Positions 24,810-37,100 of a stretch of 64,000 bases of DNA are shown here, in pieces. Within the stretch, counting starts at the first letter, position 1. Every line of letters starts with the position of its first letter. The notes beneath the pieces were generated by a model. That model was not told the DNA's origin, ran no database searches, and saw only the letters and a list, made by a program, of their open reading frames with translations. The stretch lies in the NCBI GenBank assembly GCA_905178155.1, contig CAJINV010000016.1, positions 434,001 through 498,000 of the forward strand, in the 5' to 3' direction. The DNA is from Amoebophrya sp. A120 (taxonomy: Eukaryota; Protista; Dinoflagellata). Both the position numbers and the translations under genes were made by a program.

Positions 24810-26995
24810 TATGTGGCGGCGCCTTTTATTTTCCATGTTGCGGTGGGCGAAACTATCACTCTGGGCCCACATCATGTCGACTACGTGCTCAATCTCGTGC
24901 AGCACCGTATACAACTAGTTCTACCTTACTCTCAGGTAGACACGAACCACGCGCGCTCGCCGCTCAACGGTGGACTCCACTCAAACACACTCAGAGACTG
25001 CGCTCAGCTAACAACATGCGCGCGGTGGAGCGATCAACATCCCCTGCAGCGCGGGCGATCTCGGACATAGGGCGTCTCTAGGCACAAGAATGAGTGCGCA
25101 GCTTGGGCATCTGCGTGCCGCGCCAAAGGCCCAAAAATAAAACTCACGCGCGGCGGCACCCCTATCAAAGGAGGCTGCGCGCGCGTGTTAGTGCGGTGGC
25201 CAGGATGCATTGGATGGCCAGCACCGAGACAAGCGGGGCCGCGCCCACGCATGAAGGAAGAATACGGCCCGCCCCTACCTGCCTGGCCCGCCCCCACAGG
25301 CCCGCGGGAACCTCCTGCCGACGCGCATGGCACGAGCATGAAAGAAACCGCCACACCAGCGGGCCAACCGGCGACGGCCCCGAGGACGGACTCGCCTGCG
25401 GAAAGTAGTAGGCCCGGGCAATATAGGGGGCGGCGCAGCTGGCAGGGCCCCCCTGCCCGCAGGCTTCGCTCCTGCAGGCCTGCGGGCGGGCGGGCCAGGG
25501 CGGCCCCACAGAAACGAACACACACACACACGGCGCAGGTCCGCTAGATAGGTAATCCGGGCCGCAGTAGTCAGGTCGTACGCGGGAGTCGTGCTGGCCA
25601 TTTCTGCCGCAACCTGCCTGCCTGGAACTTCTCCCTGGTCATTTTCTCCGTCACTCGCTGCTCGATGGCCTCCTCGTAATGGTCAAGTTGGAGTCTTCTA
25701 GAAACTCCAAGCACCCCGCCAGGTCTTGGCTCGTCCAGCTACTCGGCCGCGGCGGCATCTCTCCTGCCTCTTCTTTGCGGAGTAGCTCCTCGCTATACGC
25801 CTCACGCAGCCGCTACCGCTTCAACTCCATCACTTTGGTTATGCCAAGATCTACAGAAGTCGACTCGTCTTCATGTATACATATACGGAGTGGCGCCTTT
25901 TTTTTTGTTTTCCATGTTGCGGCGGGCGACACTATAGCTTCGGGTCAACATGTCGAATACGTGCTGGCGCTCGTGTGCCACCCTTATACAGTTCGAGTTT
26001 ATAGCTATCTTGCTCTCGGGCAGACATGAACCACACGCGCTCGCCGCTTAACGGACTTCACTCAAACACGCCCAGCGACTGCGCCCCCCTAGCAACTTCT
26101 GAGCGATGGAACACACACACACAGACACACACACACAGGCCACTCTGATCGGATCTACAACCCCTGTCACGCGGGCGATCTTGGGCACAGGGCCTTTGTA
26201 CACATAATACATAATATAGAGCGCGCCGCTTATTGGGCATCCGCGTGCCGCGCCAAACGCTCGCCCAAAAAATTCACGCGCGGCTGCAGCTCCATCAAAG
26301 AAGGCTGCGCGCGCGTGTTAGTGCGGTGGCCAATGTGCAGTGGCTGGCCAACACCGTGACAAGCGGGGCCGCGCCCGCGCATGAAGGAGTAATACGGCCG
26401 GCCCGCCCCTACCGGGCCGGCCCACACTCGCAGGCCCGCGGGCGCCCCCTGCCGACGCGCATGGCACGGGCATGAAACCGCCACACCAGCGGGCCAACCG
26501 GCGACAGCCCCGAAGACGGACTCGCCTGCGGAAAATAGTAGGCCCGGGCAATATAGGGGGCGGCGCGCGCAGCTGGCAGGGAGGCCCGACAGAAGCGAAC
26601 ACACACACGCGCGCGCAATGCGCGCCCGCTCTTCCTCCACTACGCCCTGGCGGATCAGCGGGCGCTCCTGTCCGCATTGCAACTCCCCCACGCCGCGCTT
26701 GCGAAGCGTCCTCGATTTGTCACGCGGGAAGAGCTCCGAATGCTCGGCGCGGCCCTCTTCCTGCTGAGTAGAGTCCATGGTCTCGGGCGTGCTGCTTTTT
26801 TCTACTTCTTACGCTCTAGCACCTTCAAGCTGTCAAGACCCCTCGGACATTTGGCTACTCGCCAAACTACACAACACTGAAAATTCGCTTGCTCACAAAT
26901 TAATATATAAATACTTCAAACCAAAACTATACAATTTGAATCTGTACTATGCTTCCCTCAGGCAAACATGAACCACGCGCGCTCGCCGCTCAAGG
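24810..26995. repeat. diverged direct duplication of a ~720-bp GC-rich unit plus a partial third copy
   Basis: Shared blocks such as GAACCAC(G/A)CGCGCTCGCCGCT (24944, 26028, 26970), GGCTGCGCGCGCGTGTTAGTGCGGTGGCCA (25172, 26303) and GTAGGCCCGGGCAATATAGGGGGCGGCGC (~25408, ~26537). Confidence 0.8.
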
Positions 26996-27307
26996 GACAG
27001 GGTCGTTCTTTCAAAATGCACTGTGCTCAGCGCCGGCGTTTTGATTTTTCTTTTCTCATCACTCAAAAGCAAATCACTTTGCACACACGCACCCTCAGAG
27101 CCCACCTTGCGTCTTCGCTTCTTGCTGCAGCAGAAAGAACAACGGCAATGGACTGCGTGACAGCCGTCGCTTTCAACACTTGGCAACTTCTTTTTCTCCT
27201 CCGCCGCCCTCAGTGGACCACGACGAGAATTCTTGTCATACAAGAGACTACGTACTTACAACATCAAACTACTGTTTGACATGTACCCGCAGAATTTTCA
27301 TTTACTC

Positions 27308-30300
27308 TCAAAGCGCTTTCTGTCTTTTCCCCGCAGGTTCTATATCTATCTGCTGCTTTTCAGCAAGAATCGGAGCAGTAGAAGTCACTTCATTATTTCC
27401 AGTTCCACTACCAACACTCCCTCCACCGTTCGTCCCCGGAGGTGGTTCCGTGACCAGATCCTCGGGTCGCAGCAAATTTTTGTTCGCCGCGGAATCGTAG
27501 GGCTGACTCATGTTCAACAAAAATTTCCGTGCTTCAAACACCGCGGAGTCGGTGGAGAGATTCATGCGGTCCAAGTCCAAGCACGACCGGATCCACTCCG
27601 GGATCTTCTCCCGCTTCCCCGCTTTCCCGTACCGATGGTCGGCGAAGCACATGATCCCGTAATCCTTCTTCGACCTGAGCACCCGTATCAACTGCAAAAA
27701 TGTCTGGGGCTGGAAGATTGCAACTTGTCATGCTGTTTTTGGAGTTTAAAAAAAATTTGTATCGCGTGACCAGCAAGAGGAGTATAGTTTGTGCTACACG
27801 GTCGGACAGGGCATTGCTCATGCGGAAGGTGCATCAGGAAGCCCTCTAAAAGTCTGCGATGCTAAGTCATGCAGTACAGACTATCACGGGTCATGAGAAA
27901 TATGCATGACAAGTCTTGCATTCTTCCAGACTCAGACATTTTTGCATTTGATAACCCTCCCGACGCACTGACTCGCGTGCCGCATCGCGTCGAAGTTGAG
28001 AAATTCCGATTCCTGGATGTCGTAGTGTTCGTTATGCATTGCAAAAGTATCGCACTAGTAGAAATAGCATTACAAATTTTTCCAGAAGGCAAAAGGAAGT
28101 TTGTCATGCTGATTTGGCTAGGAAACAAGATTTGTCATGCATGATTGCAATTAGTACGAGTACGATTCTTTTGCAGAGCATATTCGTGGAGATAATGCAA
28201 TTTCGCCCTGAGCTCGTACGACAACGTGTACTGGAACGGCACCCCGAACAACACCACGCATCTCCCGTAGTGCCGGTCAAAATCGATCCCCTCCGCAACC
28301 TTCCCCCGAGCAATCGACAAAAAAACCGCCCCGCGCCCGCTGTCGCACGCCTGCCGGTAGAGGTTCAGCGCCTGGGTGGTGGCGACCACGTCTTTCGTTT
28401 CTAGAAAAACGAGTTTCTGGTCCATCAGTTTCCCCAGCAAACCGGATTCGTACCAGCGTTCCACGACCAATTCCATGTATCGGTACGATGTGTATCAACT
28501 TCAAAAATGTCTAGGTCTGGAAGAGTGCCAGACTTGTCATGCACATTTTGAATGGCCCGTGAGGTTTGGAATGTAGAACCTAGCATGACAGATTCCGCGA
28601 GGTCTCCATCATGCCTATCCTGCATCAGAAACTGCTTCTCAACTTGGTCCAAAGTGGACAGCCTTTGGTCATCATGCAACACAGATTGTTGCATGGTTCT
28701 GATTTACCATGACAAGTTTTAACTCTTCCAGACCCAGACATTCTTGCAATTCATAGTGTGAAGAAGCACACAATCCCATCCGCGACCGTTTTCGCCAAGG
28801 AGAGCAGCAATTCCCCGTAGTTCCGTGTCACCGCCAAGTTGTCGCGCGCTTCGAAGTTACTGGAAACGGGGACTTGGTCCGGTCCCCTCGTGACGATCAG
28901 TGGGCAAATGCACTGCCTTTCCATGGTCATTTGGAACGACCGCGTGACAATCATGTTCTCCTGCATACCCAGTAGATCCACGTACATGTGCAAGGGTGAG
29001 ATCGTCCCGGAGGTGAGCACCACGGATTGGTACCGTTTCAACACCGGCCGCATCGCCAAGCTGCTGTCCACACAGTATAATAATAACTTCGGATCTTTTA
29101 TCGCCTCGTTCTCCGGGTAGGGGTCGATCAGAATCACGAAACCCTGACTATAAGTCCCTAATAAAGTGGAGAAGTCGCACAATTTGCTGATCGGATTAAA
29201 CTTTTCGAAGTCGTTGATGTTCAAAGTGTTCAGCAATGATTTCAGCCTTTCGTAGAAAAACTTCAACGTCCTCCCGTCGATGTCCAGTCGGTCGTGGATT
29301 TTTTGCAACAAAGACAAAGGTTGGTCAGACGACGCCCGGTCCACGTTCAGGTAAGATTTGAAAAACTGCACCAACTGCTCCAAAATCCGCAGAAACTGTT
29401 CCCCTTTCCGAATATTCCCCGGGACCGCTTTATGAAATGCAAAAATGTCTGGGTCTGGAAGAGTCATGCTGTTTCTGCATGACACAGAAGGTCTGGCATG
29501 GACGCTCTAGCATCACAGGTTTCAAGAAGCTTCCGCAATGCCGAATCCGCATGACAAATCCCCCATTTTGGTGACAGAAAGTGAGCAGCTCTTGCTGCCT
29601 GTGCATCAGAGATTTTTGTGTGTTCTGAAATGCGCATCACAAGTTACATCCTTCCAGACCCAGACATTTTTACACTTGATACGCTTCCTCCCGGATGTCT
29701 TCCGGGATCACCGGGGACTGCTATCCTGTGCAAAAGTATCGTACTCGCATTGCGATCATGCATTACAAATTTAAATTTTTTATTTTTCAGAAAGCAAGTC
29801 CCCATTACAAATTTCATTTCTCATGCTGAGGAAATTTGTAATGCATTTATACGAATACGAGGATACTTTTGCAATTCATAACTGCAGTCGGTCCGCGATG
29901 TCCTCATTCAACCTCCCCGCCGATTGGAGATTCTGCACCAACCTTTGGTACTCCTCCTGCAACCTATTCGCATCCTCATTTTTCACCCGGTTAATTTCGT
30001 TTTTCAGCGTTTGAATGTTCACCTCCGCGCCCTTCAATTTAGCTTCGTTTAACTCCACGGAAAGCGCTTCGGAGCAGATATCGTCGATGTTATGCGCCTC
30101 GTCGAAAACGACGATGGACGGCTCTTTGCTGTTTATCAAATGCAAATATGTCTGGGTCTGGAAGAATGCGGAAGTTTGTCATGGGGATTTTCAATGACCC
30201 ATGAGGTCTGTGATGCATGCCCTAGCATCAGAGACTCTGCGAGGGCTTTCTATCTAATGCTCATACCACATGAGAAATGCCCTCTCCGCGTAGCACAAAT

Positions 30301-32254
30301 TGCGCCTCCTATGCTGTTCATGCAATACAGATTTTATGTAGAGTCCAAAAGTAGCATCACAAGTTTCAACTTTCCAGACCCAGACATTTTTGCAATACAT
30401 ACTGTTCCCGCCGGACTGGTTATTCGCGTTGCTGCTGGCCGCGGCGGCCATTTTGTACCCGATTCTCTCCCCGACACCACCCAGGGTGGAGACTTGCGAA
30501 ACCTTCGGGTCTAGAACGTACTGGTAGTTGAGAACAACGATCTTCGCCTGCTGTAAAAGCTTCCTTGCGGTGTAATACGGGCACCAACCGCCTTTGGAGA
30601 TTTGTTGGGGTTGGGACTGTTGTTGATGGAGGAGGGAAAGAGCGCTCGGGACTGCAGCTCCAGTTGGAGGCTGTGAAGAGGAAGAAGTGCCAGAACTGCT
30701 ACTTGAACTACTTCCCCCGCCGGTTGTCGTCCCCATCTGCGGTTGTATCGCAACGCCGCCCTGCATCACCGGGGAGACTAGACTACTCATGCCGGAGTTG
30801 AACGAACTTGCGGAATTCACAGAGCCGGGAACGGGGGTGAAATTCAAATCAGCTTCCGGTATGGAAAAACTGGATGCACCTTGCGCGCCACTGTTTCCAC
30901 TTCCGCCGAATTTCTGCCGCAGCTCTTTCGCCCGGCTTAACGCCGTGACCCGATTCGCCACAGTCCGTGCTGAACTACTGCTGTTCTTACTTCGGCTCCC
31001 GAACAAATCCTCAATGTCCGCAACCTCCTTCTTCCCCAACTCCGTCAACTCGTCAATCGTATACACATCTGGCTTCACGAACATCTCCCCGTTATCTATC
31101 ACCCTTTGGTACTTCTCGTAGTGCTTGCACTTGCAGCTGATCGCCTCGGTTACGCCGCCTAATCTCTGGAAGATGAAGGGCGAGATCATCCGCCTGCACC
31201 GCGCGTCGACTCGATCTCTGTCCGGATCCGTGGAGATTTCGTGGTGCACGCACATGTTTCGTCGTGCGGATAAGCCTACTCCGAGCACTTTCTCGGATTT
31301 GAACTCCGCGTCTGGTGGGACCAGATTCTTCTCCCTCTTCTCCTCAAATTCCCGTTCTAGAACTTCGTCGCGAAAATCTAAAATCGTCCTTAATTCCAGT
31401 AAAGCTTTGTTCATCTCGGGAATTGTCCGCGTGCAGAAAATTAATTTCCCGACTTTATTTGCGTAGAGCAGTTGGTAGCTGGTGATCAGGGAGAACAATG
31501 CGACGGTTTTCCCCGTGCCGGTGGGCATTTCTAGGATTCCATGTCCGGGGGCGTCGTATTACAATGAAAAATGCCCCCTCCCCATATCAAAGCGGAAATC
31601 TGTGATGCAGATTTGTGGCCACAAATCAGCTTTGTGATGCTAGAAGGCAAGAGATGCGCACTGTAGTGCTGTCTAGCGTGGGAAAGCCTTGCAGCTCCAG
31701 GATGACAGGAGGCAACTGGAAGTGGGAAACAGCATGACAGATTACCTGCAATTTAGGCCGCAACTTCGTCGCTTGGCCTTCTAGCAAAACAAGTTGATTT
31801 GTGTACTCAAATACAGCATCACAAATTCGCGCATCTTCCGTTTCCGATATGGGGTGGGGGCTTTTTTCACTTTGATACGTCGAGACAGTTTTTCAGCTCC
31901 TTCATGTACTCATATTGTTCAGGGTAGACAGCTATCAAATGCAAATATGTCTGGGTCTGGAAGGTTGGAAGACTTGTCATGCAGGTTTTCCATGACGCCT
32001 GAGGTCTGTCATACATGACCCAGCATGACAGATTTTGTCCGACCTCTATCATGCCTCGTCTGCATGAGAAACTCCCTCTCAGCTTGGTCAAAAGTGAGCA
32101 GCTTTTGGCAATCATGCAACACAGATTTTTGCACTATCCAGAATTAAAATGACAAGTTGCATCTTTCCAGAGAGACCCAGATATTTTTGCAATCCATAAC
32201 AGCGTCGTACGGGAAAAACACCCGCAGCTCGTCCAGGTAGAAGGTGAAACCCAT
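27308..32254 (-). CDS. ERCC2: TFIIH DNA helicase XPD/Rad3 (9 exons, all 8 introns are IEs)
   Basis: Spliced product [27 protein letters not shown]...[10 protein letters not shown]...FeS cysteines...WCPYY...[10 protein letters not shown]...EAVPGNIR...LTSGTISP...FFTSY...[10 protein letters not shown]...[29 protein letters not shown]; canonical XPD motifs. Confidence 0.96.
27686..27953. mobile_element. introner element, family A (reverse orientation), XPD intron 8
   Basis: TIRs; repeat ACCCG/ACCCT; restores QCVGRVLRSK. Confidence 0.9.
28033..28182. mobile_element. introner element, family B, XPD intron 7
   Basis: TIRs; repeat TTCGT/TTCGT; restores YLHEHYDIQE. Confidence 0.9.
28493..28755. mobile_element. 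introner element, family A, XPD intron 6
   Basis: TIRs; repeat ATGTG/GTGTG; restores CFFTSYRYM. Confidence 0.9.
29431..29681. mobile_element. introner element, family A, XPD intron 5
   Basis: TIRs; repeat CGCTT/CGCTT; restores EEAVPGNIR. Confidence 0.9.
29722..29880. mobile_element. introner element, family B, XPD intron 4
   Basis: TIRs; repeat ACTGC/ACTGC; restores [10 protein letters not shown]. Confidence 0.9.
30134..30401. mobile_element. introner element, family A, XPD intron 3
   Basis: TIRs; repeat CTGTT/CTGTT; restores [15 protein letters not shown]. Confidence 0.9.
31557..31877. mobile_element. introner element, family C (TIR TATnnnAnTGAAAAAnGCCCCC), XPD intron 2
   Basis: TIRs; repeat CGTCG/CGTCG; restores [19 protein letters not shown]. 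Confidence 0.9.
31933..32198. mobile_element. introner element, family A, XPD intron 1
   Basis: TIRs; repeat ACAGC/ACAGC; restores FPYDAVYPEQ. Confidence 0.9.
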
Positions 32255-34189
32255 TTTGAACAATTTCAGAAGGATTATGCGTCAACAAATTTCCACCAGA
32301 AGGAGCAACTCTCAGATATAGATGCGATCGTCGTGAAGATCGTGAATGAAAAAGAGGGCGTCAGAGGATGAACATATAAATGTCTAATATGTAAAACGGG
32401 TAGAGCCAACGCTAACGCTAAAGGGGAGTTGTACGGCAAGACATTACAGCGTCAAATATTCAGAGAGAAAATCATTTTGTAGGTGTGTCGCAGTGTCACT
32501 GGTTATGATCATTCAACATCGGAACATTGGAAAAATCAGAGCCGAGCTACAACCACGAAGTTTATGCTCAGGATCTTCAGGTGGATACAACGTGCATTAG
32601 CTATCACCTAGAGCAAGTCGATGAGTGACGATGAAAGAGGACAGTCAGCGATGTGTCAGCGGCTTGTGATTGTAAATACAAATAGCAGGTGGAAAATAAG
32701 GAGCTACTTCTTCTTGCAGTGTAAATTCCGGAAAACGACAATCACGATTAGGTGAAGGAACCTCTTGGCACAGATATGAGTGTTTCCATCGTCAGTCTGA
32801 ACAATGTGGAGACGATACATTCTGTCCCTGATTTCCTGGCAGCTTCGAACAAATGGAGTAGTACACAACTACAGCAGGCACCAACAGCTGCACTCTGTCT
32901 GTGTATTGGCCGCAAAGAAACGACTCTCCCAGCCGGACTACACAAACAGCAGCGGCTGAAGAGGAAAGGTCGGCTTGTCTTTATGTTTTGAAAAATTGAA
33001 AAGTTTCGCAGTTTTGTTGAAAACTTCTTCAAACGGGGTTGATAAACATGTCGTGGTCGTCGTTTTGGGTGGGAAAAGGTCGCTGCATTCCCATTGTGAT
33101 TCAGATTCAGAATGCACAAAACCAAAATAGTCGTCCGGTGGCGGTGCTGCGATTGAATCTTGCAACAGCAATAGAAGTGGAACTTCTTCTGTTCATCTAC
33201 TCTGCGTATCAGGTTCAGCAATTGGTAGGAGCAGCATTAGCGAAGTGTTCTGGAAAAGTAACCACCATCTTGCAGTTTTGCGATGCCAATTGCATCGAAA
33301 GAGAGAAACTGCTGCATTCTTAACCAAGATGAAACGCATAACACTTGCAATTGGTCTTGTACATTGAGGTAAAAATTCAAGTAAGATTCGCTTCTCCCTG
33401 TTCATTTCGATCAATGGTATGCAGCTTCTAGTGGGGCGGGAAAATGAAAATGTATTCTCAGCACTGGAACTTCTAGCGCTTGCTCGTCATTATTTCTTTG
33501 AAATTTTCTTTTCTTGTAGTCGCTACTTCTTCTTTGAAATTGAAATTGTGTTTTCACTATACTCCAGTGCTTCGCGAGGTATAGTACTAAATCCTTTGTT
33601 TCTTCGAGTCTCACTGTGAACCACCCCGCCCTTCAGATCCCACCGCGGCGGAATTATAAGTATCTGGTCTGCCCTTGCTCTTCGTCGAACGAGGAACCGC
33701 ACCCGCGGGCCGGTCCGAACTAGTTCGTGCTGATTTGCGCAGTTCACAATGGCAGTGCCTGCTTTTTCCGTCCCAACGTCGCTGGTTCTTGCACTGTCGA
33801 GTGCACTTCTCGCTGATTTCGCGTGTCAGCTCGTTCCGCCCCAAGCCCTTCGTTGACGCTGTCCGTGGCTGCGGTTCCTTCGTTCGACGAGCGAAGCAGG
33901 GCTGTTTCCGTGATAAGATGCTCGTCGTGTAGTTGCTCGCACATTTCCTGTCCGCTGCTTTCCGACGCCAGAGCAGATGCGCTGCAAGAAAAGAGCGCCC
34001 TGCAATTTCGACGTCATGCTCCTCCGCCCCGGGGCCTTCCCAAGGTTCATCCACAGCTACTCCTCGATTTCTTTGTCCAGAATCCTTTCAGAAGCATTGG
34101 TCCGCGTTTATTAGTGTAGTCGTTCTACTTGTCTACTTCTGGATCTCATCTAAGATTCCTCACAACTACTGTTGCGAATACTTCTCGCT

Positions 34190-37100
34190 CTACCATCTCT
34201 GGTTGCTGGACAAGTACGACCTTGGTGCACCAACGAGCCCGTCCGGAAGCTGCTGCGCGCCGTACTGCGGAGGTCCGCCGTAGTTTCCGTAGTGCTGTGG
34301 TCCACCACCCGGTGGCCCGCCGCCCATCCCGTTCCCGTTGCTGTAGCCGTTCATGGTTGCTCCATTAGGTTGATTTCCGTATGGTCCACCGTCGTTGTAA
34401 TTGTTCTGCTGTGGTCCTCCACCGCCATCGTTATTGTTCATGTAACCGCCCTGCTGCGCATTTACGTTCTGGTTCACATTTCCCCCATAATTCTGGTTAT
34501 TAACCGGCGGTCCTCCGTTTCCGTTGTATCCGTATCCGCCCCCTCCACCGTTCATGCCCCCGTATCCACCGCCGCCCATCTGCGGTCCGTTTCCACCAAA
34601 CCCAGGTCCAGAACTCGGACCCATCGGCCCACCTCCGTTCATCATCATGTTTCCGCCGATGCGCATCGGGGCCGCTTCCAACTCGAGATTCGAAGACTTC
34701 AAATTCGCTAAAGGGCCCTCGACGACTAAGTCGGACTTCTTCATGTGCGCGAGGAGGTTGAGCCAGAGAGAGGTGCCCTTGTAGACTTTGGCAAGGACTT
34801 TCGCGTTACCACAGATCACCAATCCGTACTTGGCGCGGGTCAGGGCGACATTGAGACGGCGCGGGTCGTTCAGGAAACCGATACCTGAGAGTGGTGGTAG
34901 GTATTGGAAAAGTGTTGAAATCGATGCCATAATTTTAATTGGCAGTAAGTGTTCAAAAAAATCAACTGAAAGAACACAGGTGAAGCGCAAGCGCCCAATG
35001 ACCAAGGCAAAAACAGCAACTATTTCAAAAAAGCATCTATTTATACCTAAATTTGTGTTGCTCCTCACGCAACTCAAAATGATAAAGTCCTTCTCCCGTC
35101 CCTGAAACGAGTCCACACTCGCCACCTCAATCTCCTCGAACCCTCGGGTCTGCATCACGGTTGCGGATCTTTGCAACAAAGTCGTGATGTACGACCGTTG
35201 CCCCTCGTAGGGCGTGATGACCCCGATCTGTTCCGGCTTGATCCTGGCTTTCAAAAAGTACGCGATAATCTTTTCGATATTCGACGCCTCCGTGCGGTTC
35301 AAATAACTGGTCCCGGAAACCGAAATCTCCTCTAAACCAGTGGAATTGTAGAAAAACATCGGCATGCTGGGCTTCGGCCAGGGGAAGCCGCCCATGTCGT
35401 GGTAGGTGCGGTCTTTTAATGTCACTCCGTTTTGCAGCGAGCCGTCGTAGAAGGAGTGAGATGGAAACTCGGAGAGGCAGGGGTGCATACGGTATTGGAC
35501 CTCTAAGCGGATCGGGCGGGCGTTTAAGTGGACTAATCGCTCGAAGAGAGATTGGTGGAGACCGGCTTTGGCGGCGCGCTTGCACATGATCACCGGACCT
35601 AACTGGCAGTGATCTCCGACCAGGACGACCTGGGAATTTATGCTAGTGTTGATGTGTTTCATGCAAGACAAAAGTTCGCTCCCAATATGCACGAAGCAGC
35701 AAAAAAATTGAAAAAAATTTGTGATGCAGGATCACTCGATGAAATGCACTCTAGTGTAGTACCTGCTTCGCCCCGTTTGTAATCGGGATCAAGCATTCCG
35801 GTTCTGTCGCTTGCGTGGATTCATCGATTAAAACCTGGCGGAACCTCATCTGCTGCAACCTCACGTCGCCCGCACCGACACACGTTGTGCAAATCACGTT
35901 CGCCGACATCAATAAAAGTTTTTCGCATTTCATGGTCAAATTCCTCATTGTTTTTTCATCCTCCGCGTTCAACTCCCCACCCATCCTGTTCTTCAACTCC
36001 GCCAGTCTTTGCAATTGCTTGTTATCCGCTGTGTATCAAATGCAAATATGTCGGGGTCTGGAAACTTGTAATGCTAAAAGTGAATGAGGGCTCCACTGCA
36101 ATTAAATACGGAGCCAAGCATGACAAGTTTTTGGGCTCCTATGTGTTGCGTGTTGCGCATGGCAAACTGCGTTTTTGCATGACAACTAAGAGGACCGCTT
36201 CGCGCTCCTGCATTACAGATTCTTGAGTCATGTCAGACATGCATGACAAATGTAGCAATCTTCCAGACCCAGACATTTTCGCAGTTGATACTGTGTCTAA
36301 GTGTGCTATTTGTCTGTGTAAGCACAAATACTCGACGTTCGAAGGGATGTGCTCGCGGGAACGGGCGACCACTCGGACAACGGATAACCCGGTCTTGTGC
36401 AACTTTTCCGCCAACTGATCCACCGCGATGTTCGACGGCGCGCAGACTAAAACCTGCGCGTGCTGGGGGGAAATCCGCTCCTGTCTGCAGTGTTCCTGCG
36501 CGTTCCGACACATGTGGTACACGATGGTCGCACTTGTGACGGTTTTACCAGTTCCGGGTGGGCCCTGGATGAGCTGCAGGGGGGAGTAGAGCGCTTTTTT
36601 CACCGCGTAGGATTGGGAGTGGTTCAAAGCCGGGAGATTTGGGGCCTGGTAGTGGCGGACGTTGAGGTATTGACGGATTTCTTGCTGTATCAAATGCAAA
36701 AGTGTCTGGGTCTGGAAGAATGCGAGATCTGTCATGCAGTTTTTGCCTGACCCAGATCGTCTGGCATGCAAGCCCTAGCATTACAGATTTTGAGTAGGTA
36801 CCCCAATGCCTAATCCGCATGACAAATCCCCTCTTTCAGCAACAAGAACTGTAGGGTAGCCTTTTGCTAGCCATGCATGACAGGTTTTGTCATGATGTAG
36901 ACTTCGCATCACAGATTCGAATTCTTCCAGACCCAGACATATTTGCAATGCATATGCTGCTCCGGATCGTGACCGAGTAGGCGGTGGTAGAGGTACCTGT
37001 TTGAATTGAAGGTGATGGGATGTTTGCATGACAAATGCAGGACACCAGCTCTGGATTTTTTGATTCACAAAGTCGCAGTCTCTGTCTCTGTGTTGCAAAA

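Noticed and set aside
19522-26778. R/A/G/P-rich ORFs in the GC-rich elements (also 54550-56017) as transposases
   Set aside because: No DDE, RT, recombinase or HUH motifs; composition reflects high GC.
34885-35046. Hydrophobic insert [11 protein letters not shown]... in the UPF1 ORF
   Set aside because: It is a 162-nt in-frame GT-AG intron; removal restores [21 protein letters not shown].
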